Positions 20,133 to 30,298 of a DNA stretch of 64,000 bases are shown in pieces. Position 1 is the stretch's first letter; each line of letters starts with the position of its first letter. The notes beneath the pieces are model-generated. The model did not search any database, was not told the DNA's origin, and worked only from the letters and a program-made list of their open reading frames with translations. Position numbers and translations under genes: made by a program. The DNA lies in assembly GCA_027483895.1 (NCBI GenBank), contig JAIXTP010000020.1, positions 27,359 through 91,358 on the forward strand, in the 5' to 3' direction. Source of the stretch: Hyphomicrobiales bacterium. Lineage in GTDB: Bacteria; Pseudomonadota; Alphaproteobacteria; Rhizobiales; Beijerinckiaceae.

Positions 20133-21182
20133 ATGAACGATACGGTCAGGATATCGGTGGACGCGATGGGGGGCGATCATGGCCCGTCGATCGTGATCCC
20201 CGGCGCGGCGCTCGCCTTGGAACGGCACCCGGACATCCGCTTCGTGATCCATGGCGACGAGACCGTCTGCCGGCCGATCCTCGATGCGCATCCGAAGCTC
20301 GCCGCCGCCTCGGAATTCGTGCACGCGCCGGTCTCGATCCGCATGGACGACAAGCCGAGCCAGGCTCTGCGGCAGGGGCGCGGCAAGTCCTCGATGTGGA
20401 AGGCGATCGAGTCGGTGAAGACGGGCGACGCCGATGTCGCCGTCTCGGCCGGCAATACCGGCGCGCTGATGGCGATGTCGACCTTCTGCCTGCGCACCAT
20501 GGCCAAGATCGACCGCCCGGCGATCGCGGCGATCTGGCCGACGATGCGCGGCGAGAGCATCGTGCTCGACGTCGGCGCGACGATCGGCGCGGACGCGCCG
20601 CATCTCGTCGATCTCGCGGTGATGGGCTCGGCGATGGCCTCCATCATGTTCGACATCCCGAAGCCCAAGGTCGGGCTGCTGAATGTCGGGACCGAAGAGG
20701 TCAAGGGCATCGAGGACGTGAAGCTCGCGGGCCGGATGCTGAAGGAATACGACTTCCCGAACCTCGATTATGTCGGCTTCGTCGAAGGCGACGACATCGG
20801 CCGGGGGACGGTGGACGTAGTGGTCACCGAGGGATTCTCGGGCAATATCGCGCTGAAGGCCGCCGAGGGGACCGCCAAGCAGATCGGCGCCTATCTGAAG
20901 GCGGCGATGTCGCGGACCTGGCGCGCCAAGCTCGGCTATCTGCTCGCCAAGGGCGCCTTCGACGCGCTGCGCGAGAAGATGGATCCGCGCAAGGTGAACG
21001 GCGGCGTCTTCCTCGGTCTCAACGGCGTGGTGATCAAGAGCCACGGCGGCACCGACGCCACCGGCTTCGCGGCCGCGGTCGACGTGGGCTACGACATGGT
21101 GAAGTACAAGCTTCTAGCGCGCATTTCGGAAACGCTGGCGCGCGGCGAGAACCGGCCGCCGGTCGAGGAGGTCGCGTCGTGA
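20133..21182 (+). CDS. plsX: phosphate acyltransferase PlsX
   Basis: [40 protein letters not shown] motifs. Confidence 0.94.
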   Translation: MNDTVRISVDAMGGDHGPSIVIPGAALALERHPDIRFVIHGDETVCRPILDAHPKLAAASEFVHAPVSIRMDDKPSQALRQGRGKSSMWKAIESVKTGDADVAVSAGNTGALMAMSTFCLRTMAKIDRPAIAAIWPTMRGESIVLDVGATIGADAPHLVDLAVMGSAMASIMFDIPKPKVGLLNVGTEEVKGIEDVKLAGRMLKEYDFPNLDYVGFVEGDDIGRGTVDVVVTEGFSGNIALKAAEGTAKQIGAYLKAAMSRTWRAKLGYLLAKGAFDALREKMDPRKVNGGVFLGLNGVVIKSHGGTDATGFAAAVDVGYDMVKYKLLARISETLARGENRPPVEEVAS

Positions 21183-22156
21183 GCGTCCGTCGTTCCGTAG
21201 TGGTCGGCTGCGGCCATCATCTTCCCGAAAACGTCGTCACCAATGCCGATCTCGCCAAGCGGGTCGACACGTCGGACGAATGGATCATCGAGCGCACGGG
21301 CATCCGCGAGCGGCGCATCGCGGCGGAAGGCGAGACCACCTCGCAGCTCGCCATCAAGGCGGCGCGCGCGGCGATCGCCGATGCCGGCCTCGAGCCCGGC
21401 GACATCGACCTGATCGTGCTCGCGACCGCGACGCCCGACTACACCTTCCCCTCCACCGCGACGCAGGTGCAGGCCGGCCTCGGCATCACGCACGGCGCGG
21501 CGTTCGACGTGCAGGCCGTCTGTTCGGGCTTCGTCTACGCGCTCGCGACGGCGGACAACTTCCTCAAGGCGGGGTCGCACAAGCGCGCGCTCGTCATCGG
21601 CGCCGAGACCTTCTCGCGCATCCTCGACTGGCAGGACCGGACCACCTGCGTGCTGTTCGGCGACGGCGCGGGCGCGCTCGTGCTCGAAGCGCAGGACGGG
21701 GAGGGCGGCATCGCCGATCGCGGCATCCACTCGACGCATCTGCGCTCCGACGGCCGCCATCTCGACAAGCTGTATGTCGACGGCGGCCCGTCCTCGACCA
21801 TGACGACCGGCCATCTCAGGATGGAAGGCAAGGAAGTGTTCCGCCACGCGGTCACGAACCTCGCCGACATCATCGAGGAAGCATTTCGCGCCACCGGGCT
21901 CAAGGCCGACGACATCGCCTGGTTCGTGCCGCATCAGGCCAATCGGCGGATCATCGACGCGACGGCCAAGAAGCTGTCGATCGACCCGTCGCGCGTGGTG
22001 ATCACGGTCGAGAAGCACGGCAATACGTCCGCCGCCTCGATTCCGCTGGCTCTGGCGACCGCCTATGGCGACGGCCGCATCAAGAAGGGCGACCTCGTCC
22101 TCATGGAGGCGATGGGCGGCGGCTTCACCTGGGGGTCCGCGCTCGTCCGCTGGTAG
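21179..22156 (+). CDS. fabH: beta-ketoacyl-ACP synthase III
   Basis: [14 protein letters not shown], active-site [19 protein letters not shown] and [16 protein letters not shown] overlap with plsX. Confidence 0.94.
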   Translation: MSVRRSVVVGCGHHLPENVVTNADLAKRVDTSDEWIIERTGIRERRIAAEGETTSQLAIKAARAAIADAGLEPGDIDLIVLATATPDYTFPSTATQVQAGLGITHGAAFDVQAVCSGFVYALATADNFLKAGSHKRALVIGAETFSRILDWQDRTTCVLFGDGAGALVLEAQDGEGGIADRGIHSTHLRSDGRHLDKLYVDGGPSSTMTTGHLRMEGKEVFRHAVTNLADIIEEAFRATGLKADDIAWFVPHQANRRIIDATAKKLSIDPSRVVITVEKHGNTSAASIPLALATAYGDGRIKKGDLVLMEAMGGGFTWGSALVRW

Positions 22157-22289
22157 TGAAGTTTCAACCGGCGAGTGGGAAATCTCCTACCGAATCATTA
22201 ACATCGGTTGACGGTCCGAAGGGTGCCGGCTAGCGTTTCGCGGTCGTCTCGCCTCGGCGTCGACGTCGCGCCGGGCCTAGGGGGGCTGG

Positions 22290-22595
22290 ATGTCACAACG
22301 CACGATCACGCGCGCCGAACTCGGCGAAGCGGTCTATCAGCGGATCGGTCTGTCGCGCACCGAGTCCGCCGCACTGGTGGAACTGGTGCTCAAGGAAATC
22401 TCGGACTGTCTCGCGGGCGGCGAGACCGTGAAGCTCTCCTCCTTCGGCTCCTTCGTGGTGCGCGAGAAGGGGGCCCGCGTCGGCCGCAATCCGAAGACCG
22501 GCATCGAAGTGCCGATCGATCCGCGTCGCGTCATGGTGTTCAAGCCCTCGAACATCCTGAAGGCCCGCATCAACCGCGAGGGCGAAGACGCCTGA
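22290..22595 (+). CDS. ihfA: integration host factor subunit alpha
   Basis: [29 protein letters not shown]...[25 protein letters not shown] (HU/IHF fold with the beta-arm proline). Confidence 0.94.
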   Translation: MSQRTITRAELGEAVYQRIGLSRTESAALVELVLKEISDCLAGGETVKLSSFGSFVVREKGARVGRNPKTGIEVPIDPRRVMVFKPSNILKARINREGEDA

Positions 22596-22612
22596 ACGCA
22601 GGGGAGGACGCC

Positions 22613-23266
22613 GTGGAGAAAAGCGCCGAAGCGTTCCGCACCATCAGCGAGGTGGCGGACGATCTCGACCTTCCCCAGCACGTGCTCCGCTTCTGGGAGA
22701 CCCGTTTCGGGCAGATCCGGCCGATGAAGCGCGGCGGCGGCCGCCGCTATTACCGCCCGGACGACATCGACCTTCTGCGCGGCATCAAGCACCTGCTTTA
22801 CGGCGAGGGCTACACGATCAAGGGCGTGCAGCGCATCCTCAAGGAAGAGGGCGTGCGGTTCGTGCAGGCCGTCGGCCGCGAGGGAACGCTGACGCCGTCG
22901 AGCGTGGCGCCTGCCGCTGAGCCGCCCGTCGACATGCCCGACGCCCCGCGGCCCGCAGCGCCGACGGTGGAGGCCGCGCGTGCCGCCGCTGCCGCTGCGG
23001 CCCGGCCGCGCGATCCGCTGCTCGACATGGAAATCCGGCCGACGCCGCTGCCCGCGGCGCGCGAACCCGTGATCGACGAGGAGACGGCGCGTGCGCGGGC
23101 CAAGGGTCCCGCGCTGCCGCTGTTCGACGGACTTCCGGGAACGCTCTCGCCCGCGGCGCGCGAAACGCTGCGGCGCGCCTTGGCCGAACTCGAAGCCTGC
23201 CGGCGGATGCTGGCGGATGCCGATCCGGCCGAGGCGGTCGATCAGGGGCTCGAAGGCGCCGCCTGA
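22613..23266 (+). CDS. MerR-family transcriptional regulator (conserved ihfA-linked type) with an Ala/Pro-rich C-terminal extension
   Basis: [56 protein letters not shown] is a MerR HTH. Start at GTG 22613. Confidence 0.8.
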   Translation: MEKSAEAFRTISEVADDLDLPQHVLRFWETRFGQIRPMKRGGGRRYYRPDDIDLLRGIKHLLYGEGYTIKGVQRILKEEGVRFVQAVGREGTLTPSSVAPAAEPPVDMPDAPRPAAPTVEAARAAAAAAARPRDPLLDMEIRPTPLPAAREPVIDEETARARAKGPALPLFDGLPGTLSPAARETLRRALAELEACRRMLADADPAEAVDQGLEGAA

Positions 23267-23270
23267 TCCT

Positions 23271-23723
23271 TCAGGCGGGGCGCTTGAGCATCATCGCGTT
23301 GCGCCGGCACTCGCAGACGAGCTCGTCGCGCTGGTTGTAGGCGCGGTGCATCAGCGTGACGATGCCCTGCGTCGGCCGCGAGCGGCTTTCCCGCTTTTCG
23401 AGGATCTCGGTTTCGGCGCGGATCGTGTCGCCGATGAAGACCGGCTTCGGGAACTTCACGTCCTCCATGCCGAGATTGCCGACCGTGGTGCCGAAGGTCG
23501 TGTCGCCGACCGACAGGCCTATCACGAGGCCGAGCGTGAAGATGCTGTTGACCAGCGGCTTGCCGAAATCGGTGCCCGCCGCGTGGTCGTAATCCAGATG
23601 GATCGCGGCCGGGTTCATCGTCATGGTCGAGAACAGCACGTTGTCGGTCTCGGTGACGGTGCGCCGGACCGCATGGCGGATCACCGCGCCCGCCGTGAAT
23701 TCTTCGAAATAAAGCCCCGGCAT
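23271..23723 (-). CDS. MaoC-like (R)-hydratase / hot-dog fold dehydratase
   Basis: 150 aa; [43 protein letters not shown]; typical MaoC dehydratase length. Confidence 0.85.
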   Translation of the reverse strand: MPGLYFEEFTAGAVIRHAVRRTVTETDNVLFSTMTMNPAAIHLDYDHAAGTDFGKPLVNSIFTLGLVIGLSVGDTTFGTTVGNLGMEDVKFPKPVFIGDTIRAETEILEKRESRSRPTQGIVTLMHRAYNQRDELVCECRRNAMMLKRPA

Positions 23724-23889
23724 TCCCGCTCCCCCGCGCCGACCGCATCCGATCGATTCATAGACCGATCCGGAAAGCCGCGCATCGCGCCTCAGTCGAA
23801 GTGATGAAATCCCCTCGGGCGATCATGCGGAAAGGGTAAAGGCTCGACTTTTCGGCGGCATATTCTACAACCGCGGGCTGTACAGTTTC

Positions 23890-25833
23890 GTGAGTGCTCC
23901 TTCCATGCGTCGTGCTCTTGCCGCCTTGCTGTTGGTCCTCGGTCTCGGGGCTCCGGCCCATGCGCAGCCCAATCCGCTGGGAGACATTCTGGGCGGAATG
24001 ATCGGGGCCGCGATGGTCGACAATGCCCGCCGCGAGTGGCTTCAGGTGCCCGAAGCCGAGCGGGGCTGTCTCGAGGTCGGTCTTCGCCGGAGCGGCACTT
24101 CGGCGGACCGTCTGGTCCGGCAGGGCATCGGCCCCTCGGACGGACGGCTGAACAACATCCGCAACGTGTGCCGCCAGCTTCTGAGCCGCGAGCTCGCGGC
24201 CGACGTGGACTGCACGCTGACGCCGCCGGGCTCCCGGCCCTATGCCACGCGCTGCCGCGAAGTGTTCGCGCGGATCGACAATCGCGGCAATCCGATGCCG
24301 ATCGGCCTCGACGAGGCGATCGACGACGCCTTCGCCGGCCGTCGGCCGGACGTGAGCCGGTTCGAGCGGCCCGACGCGGCGAACCGCCGGCGCGAGCAGC
24401 TGGCCGCCGGCGGCGACCCCTCGCGCGTCGTCGCGCCGACCTGGTCCTGCGAAAAGGCAAAGAAGCCGAGCGAGATCGCGATCTGCAATTCCTATGAGCT
24501 GACGCTCTACGACAACCAGTATTCCGAGCTGTGGATGCGGGCGAGGCCGCTCGATCCGAAGGGCGACGTCGCCAAGCAGCTCGCTGCGAACAACCGCAAC
24601 CGCGACGCCTGCAACGCCTCCGTACCCTGCATCCGCGACACGACGGAGAAGGGCATCACGATCGTCGCCGAATTCCTGCGCTCCAAGGGCCAGACGGTCG
24701 CGACGCTGGCCGACGACGCGGCGGAGCGGCGCAAGCGCGAAGCGGACGAACAGGCCCGTCGCGACGAGATCGCCAAGGCGCGAGCCGAGCAGCTGAAGGC
24801 CGAAGCCGAAGCCGCCAAGGAGACTGCGCGGCAGCGCGCCGAACAGGCCAAGGCCGATGCCGAGGCGGCGAAGGAAGCGGCCCGCATCAAGGCCGAACAG
24901 GCGCAGGCCGATGCCCGCCGCCGGCAGGAAGAGGCCCAGCGGCGCGAGACGGATGCGGCGGACTATGCCGCCAAGCTGCGCGACGCGGTGGCCTCGCGGC
25001 GTGCCGCACGCGTGCCGGATCTGCTCGTCTTCCCGCCGCCGCAGAAGGAGGATCTCACCGAAGAGGAGACCCGCCTGGCCGACGGACCCTGCGCCGTGAC
25101 CCTGCGCAATCCGGATGCGCTGCTCGCGGCCTACCGGCTCTCGCAGGAGACGAAGAGCGACGTGGTGCGCCGCAGCTGCAAGGCCGAGATGGGCTTTTAC
25201 GAACTCACCTCGGGGCGCCGCGAGGAGGGTCTTGCCTGGCTCGCGGCGGCGGTCGTCGGTGCCGAGCATTCCTCGGGCAGCATGTTCGCGGCTTGGATGC
25301 GCGTCGCCAAGGATCTGACCGAGGGCGGCAAGGCGAGCGAGGCTGATGTGTGCGCCGCGATCGACAAGGCCCAGCCGGCCTTCTCGGCCAAGCCGACGCG
25401 TCTGCGCGACGGCAAGACGATGATGGTGGCGAGCGTGCCGGCGGCGGCGTCGATCGGGCTCGGCTGCGACAAGCTCGTTCCGCTGCGCACCGTACTCGAC
25501 CGGCAGAAGGCGCTGTGCGGGCTCGAGGCGCCGAAAGGACCGCTCGAACCCTTCACGGAGCAGGCGCGCAACACCTGCTGGGTGCGGCCGACCGGCTTCG
25601 TCGAGCTGCGCGAGCGCACCGGCGCGCGTCTCGTGAAGGAGACGCAGGAGGTCTACGAGGAACAGCGCCTCGCCAAGGTGGTGTCCGCCACATCGGCCGA
25701 ACGCCGCGCCTTCGCCGAGAAATACGACGAGTGCCGTGCGGCCGTCGAAACCTATGCGGGCAAGACGCCCGGCGATCTTCCGGCGGCGCTCGGCAAGGTC
25801 GACGCGCTCTGCCGCGAATTTCTGAAACCCTGA
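23890..25833 (+). CDS. hypothetical secreted Cys-rich protein with a central TolA-like Ala/Lys/Glu coiled-coil repeat
   Basis: Sec signal MRRALAALLLVLGLGAPAHAQ, multiple Cys, CEKAKKPSEIAICNSYELTLYDNQYSELW (LprI/DUF1311-like Cys motif), and charged repeats AEQxKAxAEAAKExAR. An alternative start is ATG 23905. Confidence 0.6.
   Translation: MSAPSMRRALAALLLVLGLGAPAHAQPNPLGDILGGMIGAAMVDNARREWLQVPEAERGCLEVGLRRSGTSADRLVRQGIGPSDGRLNNIRNVCRQLLSRELAADVDCTLTPPGSRPYATRCREVFARIDNRGNPMPIGLDEAIDDAFAGRRPDVSRFERPDAANRRREQLAAGGDPSRVVAPTWSCEKAKKPSEIAICNSYELTLYDNQYSELWMRARPLDPKGDVAKQLAANNRNRDACNASVPCIRDTTEKGITIVAEFLRSKGQTVATLADDAAERRKREADEQARRDEIAKARAEQLKAEAEAAKETARQRAEQAKADAEAAKEAARIKAEQAQADARRRQEEAQRRETDAADYAAKLRDAVASRRAARVPDLLVFPPPQKEDLTEEETRLADGPCAVTLRNPDALLAAYRLSQETKSDVVRRSCKAEMGFYELTSGRREEGLAWLAAAVVGAEHSSGSMFAAWMRVAKDLTEGGKASEADVCAAIDKAQPAFSAKPTRLRDGKTMMVASVPAAASIGLGCDKLVPLRTVLDRQKALCGLEAPKGPLEPFTEQARNTCWVRPTGFVELRERTGARLVKETQEVYEEQRLAKVVSATSAERRAFAEKYDECRAAVETYAGKTPGDLPAALGKVDALCREFLKP
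24784..24945 (+). repeat. three imperfect in-frame 54-nt (18-aa) tandem repeats inside the 647-aa ORF
   Basis: AEQLKAEAEAAKETARQR / AEQAKADAEAAKEAARIK / AEQAQADARRRQEEAQRR, read from the translation and the DNA. Confidence 0.75.
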
Positions 25834-25846
25834 GGACCGCGAAACG

Positions 25847-26257
25847 ATGACGAGCGAGAACGAAAAGAAGGCCGGCGACGCCGGCGCGATGCTGGCGCTG
25901 GTGCGCGAAGGGGCCAAGACGCTGGCCTTCGTGGCCGTGGCCTTCACCTTCATCCAGATCGGGCTGAGCGTTCCGACGATCACGCGCGTGGCCGAAGAGC
26001 AGGCCAAGCTCGGCGCGCTGCAGACCCGCCAGCTCGAACGGTTGATCGCCGACACCGAGAAGATCTCGGCCGCGGTGAACGACGCCGCGCTGATCTATGC
26101 CGCGCGCACCGCTTCGGCGGACAAGTCGATCCCCGCCCGCAATGCCGACCAGATCGTGGACGCGGCCACCGAACGGCTCGCGGGCCGCTTCGGCAAGGAC
26201 TGGGAAGTCATCATCCGCGGCGCCGTCGCGAAGCTCGACCTGATCTCGCGCCGTTGA
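25847..26257 (+). CDS. hypothetical single-pass membrane protein, likely co-transcribed with the 647-aa gene
   Basis: 136 aa with one TM helix (TLAFVAVAFTFIQIGLSV). Starts 14 nt after the upstream stop, and GAGGA lies 9 nt before the ATG. Confidence 0.5.
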   Translation: MTSENEKKAGDAGAMLALVREGAKTLAFVAVAFTFIQIGLSVPTITRVAEEQAKLGALQTRQLERLIADTEKISAAVNDAALIYAARTASADKSIPARNADQIVDAATERLAGRFGKDWEVIIRGAVAKLDLISRR

Positions 26258-26508
26258 CGCGCATTCCCGCCCGGCTCAGGTCGGGCGGGTCCGCCCGCAC
26301 CGCGCGGGTACCGACAAGTCGGCGCGATCGCGCCGCAAGGCCGGATCTCCCACGTCGGACAGGTCTTCCCCGTCGCGACGCGTGACGTCGCCCGCTTCGA
26401 AAAATCTCGTCGACGCGCGCTTTTTCCGGTCATCCGGAGCACTGCCGATATTCCCGATTGCGTGCCGAATGCATACACTGTGTTCGTGCAATCTTCGGGC
26501 AGGGCGAC

Positions 26509-27936
26509 ATGACGGGCCATTTCGACACCATCATCCGCGGCGGGACCGTGGTGACCGCGGGCGACAGCGTGCGTTGCGACGTCGGCATCCGCGACGGAAA
26601 GGTCGCGGCGCTCGGCATCGATCTCGGCACCGCCGACCGCGTGATCGATGCGGCGGGCAAGCTCGTGATGCCGGGCGGCATCGACAGCCACGTGCACATC
26701 TCGCAGCCCTCGGGCGAGGGCATCGTGATGGCCGACGATTTCGAGAGCGCGACGCGCTCGGCGGCCTTCGGCGGCACCACGACGGTGATGCCCTTCGTGA
26801 TGCAGGAAAAGGGCGTGCCGCTGCGCAGCACGGTCGAGGCCTATCACAAGCTCGCCGCAGGCGAATGCCATGTGGACACCTCGTTCCACCTGATCGTCAG
26901 CGAGCCTTCCGAAGCGGTGCTCGGCCAGGAACTGCCGGCGCTGGTGGAGGACGGCTACACCTCCTTCAAGATCTTCATGACCTATGAGGGGCTCGCGTTG
27001 AACGACCGCGAGATCCTCGAAGTGCTGGACACCGCGCGCGGCTGCGGCGCGCTCGTGATGGTCCATTGCGAGAGCTACGACGCGATCCGCTACATGACGG
27101 AAAAGCTCGAACGCGAAGGGCGGACCGCGCCGAAGTACCATGCGACCTCACGCCCGAAGCTCGTGGAGCGCGAGGCCACGCACCGCGCCATCGCGCATGC
27201 CGAACTCGTCGACGTGCCGATCATGATCGTCCATGTCTCCAACCGCGAGGCGATGGAGCAGATCCGCTGGGCCCAGCAGAAGGGGCTGAACATCCTCGCC
27301 GAGACCTGCCCGCAATATCTCGTGCTGACGGAAGCCGATCTCGACGGGCTCGGGATGGAGGGCGCGAAATATGTCTGCTCGCCCCCGCCGCGCGACCGCG
27401 ACAGCCAGGACGCCTGCTGGGAGGGGCTGCGCACGGGCGTGTTCGGGGTCTTCTCGTCCGACCATTGCCCGTTCCGCTACGAGGACGAAAAGGGCAAGCA
27501 GAACCCCAAGGGGCGGACGAGCTTCCGCTGGGTGCCGAACGGCATGCCCGGCGTCGGCGCGCGTCTCGCGATCCTCTTCTCCGAAGGCGTAATGAAGGGG
27601 CGGCTGACGCCCGAGCAATTCGTCGCGTTGACGGCGACCAATCACGCGCGGACCTATGGCCTCTACCCGCGCAAGGGCACGATCGCCGTGGGCTCCGACG
27701 CCGACATCGCGATCTGGGATCCCGAGCGGAAACTGGTGCTGAGCCACGACCACCTGCGTGACGGGTCCGACTACACGCCCTATGAAGGCCTCGACATCAC
27801 GGGCTGGCCGATCCTCACCATGGTGCGCGGCCGGACCGTCGTGGAAGACGGACGTCTCGTCGGCGAGAAAGGTCACGGGACCTATCTTCCGCGGGATCGC
27901 TCTCCCTATGCGGTACAAGCGAAGGCTGAGGCATGA
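26509..27936 (+). CDS. D-hydantoinase / dihydropyrimidinase (cyclic amidohydrolase)
   Basis: FDTIIRGGTVV, GGIDSHVHI (HxH metal site), SFKIFMTYEG (carboxylated Lys), VMVHCES, CSPPPR and SDHCPF motifs. Confidence 0.9.
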   Translation: MTGHFDTIIRGGTVVTAGDSVRCDVGIRDGKVAALGIDLGTADRVIDAAGKLVMPGGIDSHVHISQPSGEGIVMADDFESATRSAAFGGTTTVMPFVMQEKGVPLRSTVEAYHKLAAGECHVDTSFHLIVSEPSEAVLGQELPALVEDGYTSFKIFMTYEGLALNDREILEVLDTARGCGALVMVHCESYDAIRYMTEKLEREGRTAPKYHATSRPKLVEREATHRAIAHAELVDVPIMIVHVSNREAMEQIRWAQQKGLNILAETCPQYLVLTEADLDGLGMEGAKYVCSPPPRDRDSQDACWEGLRTGVFGVFSSDHCPFRYEDEKGKQNPKGRTSFRWVPNGMPGVGARLAILFSEGVMKGRLTPEQFVALTATNHARTYGLYPRKGTIAVGSDADIAIWDPERKLVLSHDHLRDGSDYTPYEGLDITGWPILTMVRGRTVVEDGRLVGEKGHGTYLPRDRSPYAVQAKAEA

Positions 27937-28595
27937 CCGACGACGTCGAGGACGGCCATGCTTCGGGCGCCGGCATCAACCTCTCGAACCTCGCCTACAA
28001 CTCCATTTCGGAGATGATCCGCAGCCGCAAGCTGCGCGGCGGGGATACGGTGGTGGAAGCGCGGCTCGCCGAGACGCTCGGCATCTCGCGGACGCCGCTG
28101 CGCGAAGCGTTGCAGCGGCTGGAAGGCGAGGGGCTCGTCGTCAAGGGGAACGGCCGTTCCTATCTCGTCCGGCAGGTCGATCTGCGGGAATATCTGCACA
28201 GCCTCAAAGTCCGCGAGATCCTCGAAGCGGAGGCCGCCGCGCTCGCCTGCGGGCGCATCTCCGGCGCCGACCTCGCGCGGGTGCGCCATGAGATCAACGA
28301 ACTCAGGCAGGCCACGCGCTACCACACCGACGCGCATTGGCGCTCTGACGACAATCTGCACGGCCTCTATGTGGACGCCTGCGGCAACGAGGTGCTTGGC
28401 CAGATGATCCGGTCGCTGCGGGTCACGACGCGGCTTTTCGAGATCGCGCGCCTCGCGGATCGGCTGGAGCCCGACTCGGCCGAGCATCTCGCGATCCTCG
28501 ACGCGCTCGAAGCCGAGGATACGAAGGCCGCGCGCAAGACCGTCGCGACCCATATCCGGAGCCTCGCCGATTTCGCGCTCGATACCGTGCGCTGA
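27933..28595 (+). CDS. GntR-family transcriptional regulator (FadR/FCD C-terminal domain)
   Basis: Winged HTH: LAETLGISRTPLREALQRLEGEGLV, followed by an all-helical FCD-like domain. ATGA overlap with the hydantoinase gene. Confidence 0.85.
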   Translation: MTDDVEDGHASGAGINLSNLAYNSISEMIRSRKLRGGDTVVEARLAETLGISRTPLREALQRLEGEGLVVKGNGRSYLVRQVDLREYLHSLKVREILEAEAAALACGRISGADLARVRHEINELRQATRYHTDAHWRSDDNLHGLYVDACGNEVLGQMIRSLRVTTRLFEIARLADRLEPDSAEHLAILDALEAEDTKAARKTVATHIRSLADFALDTVR

Positions 28596-29549
28596 TCAGG
28601 CGCGCCCTTCGCCGACGCGGAACAGGGCGGCCGGGATCGACGTCACCATCGGCCGGAGCGCATCTCGGGACAGGCCGCAGGTTTCCAGCAGCAGCAGGAA
28701 TTCGCGGAGCCCGTCGACGGGCGGCGGCAGGAGATAGACGCCGCAATCGCCGTTGAGCACGACCCGCGTCGGATCCGCGGCGCGGATCAGGTCCACCATG
28801 AGGGGCGCCGGAACCGGCGTGACCGTATGGGCCTGCGCGTCGACATGGGTGAGGCCCGCCTGCGTGGCGTGGGAGACGAAGAAGAACGAGAACTCGGCAT
28901 GCGCGCCGAGCCGCGAGACCTCGCGGATCGTCTCCTTGTCGTAATGGGCGCAGGGCACGAGGATGCGGCTGCAGCCCGCCGCGCGCGCCGCCTCCACGAG
29001 CCGCACCGCTTCCGGCCCCGAGACGTGCCCGGTGTTGAAGACGACGTCCGCCTTCGCGCAGAGATCGAGGATCTCGGGCAGGGGCTCGGGCATCGGCCCG
29101 CGCTCGGGCACCGCGAAGCAGGTTTCGACATAGAGGGGCGAGCGGCCCTCCATCAACGCGATGTTGCGCGTGTGATGCGTGGGGATGGAGATGAAGCGCG
29201 CTCCGGTGCCCGGCCCGTAGCCGTAGGCGAGCGCGATCCGCACCGCATCGGCGGAGATGCCGCCCGCGGGCGGCTCCATGATCAGCCCGCCCCAGACATC
29301 GACGCCGAGATGGCCGAGATGGCGCATCGCGAGGGCGGCGATCCCGGAGGAATTGGCGAAATTGTCCATGAGGCCGATGCCCGCCATGCCGGCGGCGGCC
29401 GCGTCGCGGACCGCGTCGAAGACGTCGATCGAGCGGCCGTTGATGTGCGGGCAGGCATGGACGTGGTTGTCGACCGCGCCGACGAGAAGCTCGGCTCCCG
29501 GTCGGAGCCTCGGCGGTGCGGCGGCGAGATCGGGAGCGGCGGTCGGCAT
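28596..29549 (-). CDS. amidohydrolase-superfamily metal-dependent hydrolase (uncharacterised family)
   Basis: N-terminal VDNHVHACPH (HxH metal motif), later conserved His/Asp (THHTRN, NTGHVSG, LNGDCG), TIM-barrel-like length. Confidence 0.6.
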   Translation of the reverse strand: MPTAAPDLAAAPPRLRPGAELLVGAVDNHVHACPHINGRSIDVFDAVRDAAAAGMAGIGLMDNFANSSGIAALAMRHLGHLGVDVWGGLIMEPPAGGISADAVRIALAYGYGPGTGARFISIPTHHTRNIALMEGRSPLYVETCFAVPERGPMPEPLPEILDLCAKADVVFNTGHVSGPEAVRLVEAARAAGCSRILVPCAHYDKETIREVSRLGAHAEFSFFFVSHATQAGLTHVDAQAHTVTPVPAPLMVDLIRAADPTRVVLNGDCGVYLLPPPVDGLREFLLLLETCGLSRDALRPMVTSIPAALFRVGEGRA

Positions 29550-29560
29550 GGCAGAATCCT

Positions 29561-30298
29561 TCAGTGCCGCAGGATCTTCGAGACGAAGTCCCGCGTGCGT
29601 GCTTCCTCGGGCGCGTCGAAGATCTTGGCGGGCGTGCCGCGTTCGACGACGCGGCCGGCGTCCATGAACACGACTTCCTTGGAGACCTCGCGGATGAAGC
29701 CCATCTCGTGCGAGACGATCAGCATGGTCATGCCTTCGCGGGCGAGCACGCGGATCGTATCGAGCACTTCGGAGACGAGTTCCGGATCGAGCGCGGCGGT
29801 CACTTCGTCGAGCAGCAGGATCTCCGGGCGGAGCGCGAGGGCGCGCGCGATGGCGACGCGCTGCTGCTGGCCGCCGGACAATTCGTCCGGATAGCGGTCG
29901 AGCTTGTCGGCGAGGCCGACCTTGGCGAGGAGCCGCACGGCCTCCTCGCGGACCTCGGCGGCGGCGCGCTTCTTGATCTTGGTCGGGGCGATCATGACGT
30001 TCTGAAGGACCGTCATGTTCTGGAAGAGATTGTATTGCTGGAACACGATGGCCAGCCGGTCGCGCAGACGGCGGACGTCGCCGGGCTTGGCATAGTCGAT
30101 ATGCTCGCCGTCGATCTCGACCGAGCCCGCGGCGGGCGGCGTGAGCCCGACGAGCGTGCGCAGGATCGTGCTCTTTCCGGAGCCCGACGGACCGATCAGC
30201 CCGACCACGTCTCCCGACGCGACGTCGAGATCGATGCCGTCGAGGACCTTGAGCGAGCCGTAACGGGCCTCAAGGCCGTTGATGACGAGGCGAGGCAA
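29561..30298 (-). CDS. polar amino-acid ABC transporter ATP-binding protein
   Basis: Walker A GPSGSGKST, signature LSGGQQQRVAIARAL, Walker B LLLDEVTAALD, H-loop SHEM. Confidence 0.94.
   Translation of the reverse strand: MPRLVINGLEARYGSLKVLDGIDLDVASGDVVGLIGPSGSGKSTILRTLVGLTPPAAGSVEIDGEHIDYAKPGDVRRLRDRLAIVFQQYNLFQNMTVLQNVMIAPTKIKKRAAAEVREEAVRLLAKVGLADKLDRYPDELSGGQQQRVAIARALALRPEILLLDEVTAALDPELVSEVLDTIRVLAREGMTMLIVSHEMGFIREVSKEVVFMDAGRVVERGTPAKIFDAPEEARTRDFVSKILRH

Noticed and set aside
22208-22235. Candidate sigma-70 promoter (TTGACG, 16 nt, CTAGCG) upstream of ihfA.
   Set aside because: The hexamers are only a loose match, and such matches arise by chance. Without transcription start data I cannot support reporting it as a feature.
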